Part shown: one piece after another, positions 14,151 to 18,744 of the stretch
Layout of the letters: each line of letters begins with the position of its first letter
How positions within the stretch are numbered: position 1 is the stretch's first letter
NCBI GenBank assembly: GCA_041181065.1
Contig: JBEGQI010000140.1
Span: forward strand, 1 to 18,744
Reading direction: 5' to 3'
Length of the DNA stretch: 18,744 nucleotides
Source of the DNA: Verrucomicrobiota bacterium
Lineage (GTDB): Bacteria; Verrucomicrobiota; Verrucomicrobiia; Limisphaerales; DSYF01
Translations under genes and position numbers: made by a program
The notes under the pieces: generated by a model
Seen by the model: the letters and a program-made list of their open reading frames with translations, nothing else
What the model was told of the DNA's origin: nothing
Database searches by the model: none

Positions 14151-15440
14151 ATGAAAGAGATCGTGCCCGAATCACCGGCCATCGTGCGTAATCAGCAGGT
14201 CGCCATCCAACAGCTTTTCCAGCAATACGTCGTGCCCAGCTACGGGCGCTTCGAGCTGGCGCTCAGCCACGGCCAGGGCAGTTGGCTGTGGGACGTGAAT
14301 GGGAAACGCTATCTCGACCTCGGCGGCGGCATCGCCGTGAACTCGCTTGGCCACGCCAACGCGGAAATCGCCGACACGCTCGCGGCCCAGGCGCGGAAGT
14401 TGGTCCACATCTCGAATCTCTATTACCACGAGCCGCAGGGTCGCTTGGCGCAGAAGATTGTCAGTCATTTGGCGCCCGGCAAAGTGTTCTTCTGCAACTC
14501 CGGCGCGGAGGCGAATGAAGGACTATACAAGCTCGCGCGCAAGTTCGGCCACGACGAAGGGCGGTTTGAAATCATCACGGCGATCAACTCATTCCACGGC
14601 CGGACGCTGGCGGGCATTTCGGCGACGGGTCAGGACAAGGTGAAGAAGGGCTTCGAGCCGATGGTGCAGGGGTTCGTCCATGTGCCGTTCAATGACTTGG
14701 CGGCGGTGCGCGCAGCGATTTCCCCGGCGACCGTGGCGGTGCTCATCGAAGGCGTGCAGGGCGAAGGCGGTGTCACGCCGGCCACGCCGGAGTTTCTGCT
14801 TGGCCTGCGGGCGTTGTGCGATGAGAAGAAGCTGCTGTTGCTCATGGACGGCGTGCAATGCGGCCATTTCCGGACGGGTAAATTCCAGAGCTTCCAGCGG
14901 ATTCTCGAAGGCGTGCCGGGCGGCGAGAAGTTTTTGCCGGATGGACTTTCGATGGCGAAATCCTTGGGTAACGGTTTCCCGATCGGCGCATTCTGGATTC
15001 GGGAGCCGCTGGCGGATTTGCTGGGCGCAGGCACGCACGGGACCACTTATGGCGGCAACCTGCTCGGCTGCGCAGTGGCGTTGAAGGTGTTCGAGATCAT
15101 CGAACGAGATGGCTTGGCGGACAACGCTCGGAAGCTGGGCGCATTCTTCCGCGAAGGCATTGCGGCGCTGGCGCAGAAGTATCCCAACGTGGTCAAAGGC
15201 CCGAGGGGCTTGGGTTTGATGGTGGGGATTGAATTGGCAGAGAAGGAAAAGATCGCGGGTTTTGCGGGTTCCGATAAGGCCGCTGCGATTCAGTTCGTGA
15301 ACAAGCTGCACGAGGCGGGTGTGCTGACGGTGCCGGCGGGGACGCGGATCGTCCGCTTGCTGCCGTCGCTGAACCTAACCCGCGTCGAGGCGGATCAGGG
15401 GTTGCAAATCATCGAGTCGGTCATCGCCAAGCTCGTCTGA
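14151..15440 (+). CDS. argD: Acetylornithine / succinylornithine aminotransferase (class III PLP-dependent aminotransferase).
   Basis: Contains GIAVNSLGHANAEI, …FFCNSGAEANEGLYKLARK…, DGVQCGHFRTGKFQSFQ (the DEVQxGxGRTG region) and …TYGGNLLGCAVALKV…; the length is about 430 aa. The ATG at 14151 is preferred over the upstream TTG (14127) used by the track. Confidence 0.9.
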   Translation: MKEIVPESPAIVRNQQVAIQQLFQQYVVPSYGRFELALSHGQGSWLWDVNGKRYLDLGGGIAVNSLGHANAEIADTLAAQARKLVHISNLYYHEPQGRLAQKIVSHLAPGKVFFCNSGAEANEGLYKLARKFGHDEGRFEIITAINSFHGRTLAGISATGQDKVKKGFEPMVQGFVHVPFNDLAAVRAAISPATVAVLIEGVQGEGGVTPATPEFLLGLRALCDEKKLLLLMDGVQCGHFRTGKFQSFQRILEGVPGGEKFLPDGLSMAKSLGNGFPIGAFWIREPLADLLGAGTHGTTYGGNLLGCAVALKVFEIIERDGLADNARKLGAFFREGIAALAQKYPNVVKGPRGLGLMVGIELAEKEKIAGFAGSDKAAAIQFVNKLHEAGVLTVPAGTRIVRLLPSLNLTRVEADQGLQIIESVIAKLV

Positions 15441-15451
15441 CCTGAAAAGAG

Positions 15452-15482
15452 AACGGCCAGCTGCCGATGGCAACTGGCCGTT
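15452..15482. terminator. Strong hairpin (13-14 bp stem AACGGCCAGCTGCC / GGCAACTGGCCGTT with one mismatch) between the convergent argD and the small Cys-rich gene. Probably a bidirectional intrinsic terminator.
   Basis: The inverted repeat is read directly. The minus-strand tail is CTCTTTTCAGG (U-rich), and the plus-strand tail is GTGTGGGGTTGGTTGG (G/U-rich). Confidence 0.5.
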
Positions 15483-15509
15483 GTGTGGGGTTGGTTGGGG
15501 GACATCTGG

Positions 15510-15725
15510 TTACTTCTTCTCTTCGCCCTTGTGCTTGCCTTCGTCGTGCTTGCCGTTGCACTTCTCGCAGACTTTGCCGTCCTTCTTGGCATCGACGCAG
15601 CACGTGTGTTTGCACTCTTCGCCTTTGGCTTTCGCTTTATCGCAGCACGAATCGCCAGCGAAGGCGGGTGAAGCGATCAACGCGAGGGCGAACAGACCGA
15701 CGATCAGGGATTTGGTGAATTTCAT
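15510..15725 (-). CDS. Small secreted Cys/Lys/His/Glu-rich protein (71 aa; the mature peptide of about 48 aa has 8 Cys in a CC-x9-C-x3-CC-x10-C-x2-C arrangement). Candidate periplasmic metal-binding (metallothionein-like) peptide.
   Basis: The Sec signal peptide MKFTKSLIVGLFALALIASPAFA is followed by GDSCCDKAKAKGEECKHTCCVDAKKDGKVCEKCNGKHDEGKHKGEEKK. The terminator hairpin lies directly downstream, and the gene is divergent from nuoB. Confidence 0.5.
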   Translation of the reverse strand: MKFTKSLIVGLFALALIASPAFAGDSCCDKAKAKGEECKHTCCVDAKKDGKVCEKCNGKHDEGKHKGEEKK

Positions 15726-15969
15726 ACTAGCTTTCAGTTTGTCAGCTTCCGCCGGTTTCTGTCAGGCACGGCCCATGACTGGGGTGTCTCGGGTGACCGG
15801 GAAGTTGGGGCAAACTAACCGCAGATGCCGGTCTGTCGAGAGAGAATTTTTGCTAACAACCGCCATTCGCCGGGGAAATTGCGCCGGAACACAAGGGGTT
15901 TCAACTTGCGGCTGATGCGTTTGCCTAATACGTTCAGCCGCCGCTGCGAGGGGCGGTTGAAGTAGTCGT

Positions 15970-16479
15970 ATGACCCAAAACGCTGAACTCGGATACAACA
16001 CCAAAGTCGAGGGCGAAGTGGTCCACACCCGCGTGGACGCCGCCATCAACTGGTTCCGCAAGAACTCCATCTGGCCGATGCCGATGGGGCTGGCGTGCTG
16101 TGCCATTGAACTCATGGCCTCCGGCGCGAGCCGCTTCGATATTTCCCGCTTCGGCGCTGAGGTGATGCGCTTTTCGCCCCGTCAATCGGACGTGATGATC
16201 GTGTCCGGCACGGTGACCTACAAGATGGCGCTCTCGGTCAAACGCATCTACGACCAGATGGCCTCACCCAAATGGGTCATCGCGATGGGCGCCTGCGCTT
16301 CGACTGGCGGCATGTTCCGCAGTTACGCCACCCTTCAAGGCGTTGACAACATTGTTCCCGTTGATTTTTACGTCGCCGGCTGTCCCCCACGACCCGAGGC
16401 GTTATTGGACGCTCTCCTGAAACTTCAGGAGAAAGTCAGCAAAGAACCCGTTATCTCCGTTTGGAAAAAGGCCAGCTAA
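15970..16479 (+). CDS. nuoB: NADH-quinone oxidoreductase subunit B (20 kDa, carries the N2 Fe-S cluster).
   Basis: Contains [16 protein letters not shown], …[14 protein letters not shown]…, …[11 protein letters not shown]…; the cysteine ligands are conserved. Confidence 0.95.
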   Translation: MTQNAELGYNTKVEGEVVHTRVDAAINWFRKNSIWPMPMGLACCAIELMASGASRFDISRFGAEVMRFSPRQSDVMIVSGTVTYKMALSVKRIYDQMASPKWVIAMGACASTGGMFRSYATLQGVDNIVPVDFYVAGCPPRPEALLDALLKLQEKVSKEPVISVWKKAS

Positions 16480-16511
16480 GTTGTCAACTGGCCCCAAACC
16501 ATCCCAAGCTC

Positions 16512-17093
16512 ATGGCTACTAGCCTAGAACTCGCGCAACAGCTCAAAGCTAAGTTCGGCGATTTAATCTCCGAACCGGCGGAGTTTCGTGGCGAATTGAC
16601 TGTTACCATCGCGGATGCGCAGCGCATCGGCGAGGTGGCGGCGTTCTGCAAGGCGGAGTTGGGTTTTGATTACTTGGTGGATGCGAGTGGCGTGGACAAT
16701 TACGGCGAGGACCCGCGCTGGTCGTTGGCTTACGAGTTGTTCAGCACGACCAAGAACGTCTATCTCCGGTTGAAGACGCACGTCAGCGAGGAGAAGGGCG
16801 AATTGCCGACGGTCTCGAACGTCTGGCGCACGGCGGATTGGCACGAGCGCGAGGTTTACGACATGATGGGCGTTCGGTTCATCGGTCACCCTGACCTCCG
16901 CCGTATCCTGATGTGGGAGGGCTACCCGTATCATCCGTTGCGGAAAGATTTCCCGCTGGCCGGCAAGCCGACGGAGTTGCCAGAAGTCGCGTTCAGCAAG
17001 ACGACGCCGATGGAAGGGGGACCGTTTGTGACCGTATCCGGCGGCAAAGATTCGGCGGCGCGTGAACCGCGCATCCGGATTCCGGAGGATTAA
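16512..17093 (+). CDS. nuoC: NADH-quinone oxidoreductase subunit C (30 kDa). Start at MATSLELAQQ (16512); the track ORF starts at 16461.
   Basis: Contains …WHEREVYDMMGVRFIGHPDLRRILMWEGYPYHPLRKDFPLAG…, the characteristic NuoC core. Confidence 0.9.
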   Translation: MATSLELAQQLKAKFGDLISEPAEFRGELTVTIADAQRIGEVAAFCKAELGFDYLVDASGVDNYGEDPRWSLAYELFSTTKNVYLRLKTHVSEEKGELPTVSNVWRTADWHEREVYDMMGVRFIGHPDLRRILMWEGYPYHPLRKDFPLAGKPTELPEVAFSKTTPMEGGPFVTVSGGKDSAAREPRIRIPED

Positions 17094-17099
17094 GTTTTC

Positions 17100-18371
17100 A
17101 TGGCGAACACGCACGAAATCCAGTTCGGCGAAGCTGCGGCGCGCGCGAGTCGCGCGGCGGAGGATTTGCCGGATTTGCAGGGCGAGAAGATGGTCCTCAA
17201 CATGGGGCCGTCGCACCCGTCCACGCACGGCGTGCTGCGCATCATCCTTGAACTCGACGGCGAGACCATTACCAAGGCCACGCCGGACGTCGGCTATTTG
17301 CATCGCGGCGACGAGAAGATCGCGGAGAACATGACGTGGAACCAGTTCGTGCCCTACACGGACCGGCTGGATTACCTCGCGCCGATGGCGAACAACGTCG
17401 CTTACGCGCTCGCGGTGGAAAAACTTTTCGGCATCCAAGACAAGCTCCCGCCGCGCTGCCAATACATCCGCACCATTTGCTGCGAACTCTCGCGCATCTC
17501 GTCGCACCTGCTCGGCATTGGCTGCTTCGCGATGGATGTCGGTGCGTTGACGGTCTTTCTGCTCACGTTCACGGAGCGCGAAAAAGTTTACAACCTGCAG
17601 GAAGCGCTCACCGGCGCGCGGCTCACGACGAGTTACACGCGCATCGGCGGCGTGGCGCGCGATCTCCCGCCCGGCTGGGTCGAGCAATGCCGTAAGTTCC
17701 TGAGCGAAGTCGTCATCAACATCAACGAAGTCGCCACGCTGCTGGATCGCAATCGCATCTGGGTGGATCGCACGCGCGACGTTGGCGTCATCCCGAAGGA
17801 TGTCGCGATCGATTACGGTTTGACCGGTCCGAACCTGCGCGGCAGCGGCGTGGATTTCGACCTGCGCAAGAAGCAGCCTTACCTGATCTACAAGGACCTC
17901 GATTTCGATGTTCCGCTCGGTTCCGTCGGCGATTGCTACGATCGCTACTTGGTTCGCATGGAAGAAATGCGCCAGAGCGTGAACCTCGTTCGCCAGTGTC
18001 TCGACAAATTGCCCGGTGGCGCGGACAACAAGTCCAAGGAGCCCGTCAGCATTCAAGACGGCAAGATCACGTTGCCGCCGAAGGGCAAAGTGCTGTCGAG
18101 CATGGAGGAGTTGATCCATCAATTCATGATCGTCACCACGGGCGTGAATGCGCCGGTCGGCGAAGTTTATTTCGGCCACGAAAATCCGAAGGGCGAACTC
18201 GGCTTCTACATCAACAGTCGCGGCGGCGGCACGCCGTATCGCCTGAAGATCCGCGCCCCATCGTTCGTGAACTTGAGCGTGCTGCCTTACTTGTTGCCTG
18301 GCCACTTGATGAGCGACACCGTTTCCATCCTCGGCTCGCTGGACTTCGTCATGGGAGAATGCGACCGATGA
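17100..18371 (+). CDS. nuoD: NADH-quinone oxidoreductase subunit D (49 kDa). It is separate from NuoC, not fused as in enterobacteria.
   Basis: Contains MVLNMGPSHPSTHGVLRIILELDGE…, …DRLDYLAPMANNVAYALAVEKL…, and the C-terminus …LPGHLMSDTVSILGSLDFVMGECDR. Confidence 0.95.
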   Translation: MANTHEIQFGEAAARASRAAEDLPDLQGEKMVLNMGPSHPSTHGVLRIILELDGETITKATPDVGYLHRGDEKIAENMTWNQFVPYTDRLDYLAPMANNVAYALAVEKLFGIQDKLPPRCQYIRTICCELSRISSHLLGIGCFAMDVGALTVFLLTFTEREKVYNLQEALTGARLTTSYTRIGGVARDLPPGWVEQCRKFLSEVVININEVATLLDRNRIWVDRTRDVGVIPKDVAIDYGLTGPNLRGSGVDFDLRKKQPYLIYKDLDFDVPLGSVGDCYDRYLVRMEEMRQSVNLVRQCLDKLPGGADNKSKEPVSIQDGKITLPPKGKVLSSMEELIHQFMIVTTGVNAPVGEVYFGHENPKGELGFYINSRGGGTPYRLKIRAPSFVNLSVLPYLLPGHLMSDTVSILGSLDFVMGECDR

Positions 18372-18744
18372 GCGACATCCAACCATTCGAGGCCGTCCCG
18401 AACCCGCTGATCGCGCAGCCGGACTTCAAAGTCCCCGCCGACATGGACGCGGCGTTCGACGAACTCATCTCGCACTATCCGAAGAAGCGCAGCGCGACGC
18501 TGATGTTGTTGCACGCGATCCAGGAACGTTACGGCTTCATCTCGCAGGAAGCTGCGGAGTGGGTTGCGAAGAAACTCGAACTCCAGCCTATCAACGTGCT
18601 CGAAGTCGCGACGTTCTATCCGATGTTCAAGCATCGGCCCGTCGGCAAATGGCACTTGAAGGTCTGCCGCACGTTGAGCTGCGCGCTCGCCGGCTCCTAC
18701 AAGTTGCACGCTGGTTTCTGCACCAAGCTCGGCCTCGACCCGCA
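18368..18744 (+). CDS. nuoE: NADH-quinone oxidoreductase subunit E (24 kDa, 2Fe-2S), N-terminal part. It is truncated by the window end and so is not in the ORF track.
   Basis: The ATG at 18368 overlaps the nuoD stop (ATGA). My translation gives MSDIQPFEA…KKRSATLMLLHAIQERYGFISQEAAEWVAKKLELQPINVLEVATFYPMFKHRPVGKWHLKVCRTLSCALAG…, a typical NuoE N-terminus. Confidence 0.85.
   Translation, partial: MSDIQPFEAVPNPLIAQPDFKVPADMDAAFDELISHYPKKRSATLMLLHAIQERYGFISQEAAEWVAKKLELQPINVLEVATFYPMFKHRPVGKWHLKVCRTLSCALAGSYKLHAGFCTKLGLDP

Noticed and set aside
16563-18386. 607-aa minus-strand ORF
   Set aside because: It is antisense to the unmistakable nuoC and nuoD genes; an artefact of high GC.
1-18744. Search for CRISPR arrays, tRNA or rRNA genes, transposase or integrase genes, and tandem repeats
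   Set aside because: No direct-repeat or spacer periodicity, no tRNA-like GTTCGA / T-loop plus acceptor pairing, and no transposase or integrase-like ORFs were seen anywhere in the window.

Overview
This is a high-GC (about 62-65%) bacterial chromosomal window. The gene content and style suggest a Planctomycetota- or Verrucomicrobiota-like genome: a Tat-signal TIM-barrel protein, a PL1 pectate lyase with a DGDGxPDDWE tail, and frequent ATGA/GTGA start-stop overlaps. Most of it reads as ordinary core and accessory chromosome, in this order: (1) an outer-membrane beta-barrel-like protein translationally coupled to a small periplasmic CXXCH (mono-heme) protein; (2) cinA; (3) convergent genes for a bPH_2/PH-domain membrane protein and a multi-TM SPFH/band-7 protein; (4) a 544-nt non-coding gap; (5) a four-gene, translationally coupled carbohydrate-active-enzyme operon (PL1 pectate lyase, GH95 alpha-L-fucosidase-like, Tat-exported xylose-isomerase-like TIM barrel, alpha/beta-hydrolase esterase); (6) a GC-rich palindromic repeat-like element lying over the annotated 5' end of the esterase ORF; (7) a roughly 700-nt low-GC (about 50%) islet carrying one 179-aa orphan ORF; (8) a minus-strand ECF sigma factor operon (small TM protein, exported membrane protein, ECF sigma, small 2-TM putative anti-sigma) whose first two genes are each preceded by a copy of a conserved 34-nt bipartite motif; (9) argD; (10) a small secreted Cys/Lys/His-rich 71-aa protein flanked by a strong hairpin terminator; (11) the start of a complex I operon (nuoB, nuoC, nuoD, nuoE partial) with no nuoA upstream. 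I see no CRISPR array, rRNA or tRNA, and no recognisable transposase or integrase. Gene calls for conserved families (cinA, ECF sigma, argD, nuoBCDE, PL1, GH95) are secure. Several long antisense ORFs in the six-frame track are GC-driven artefacts.
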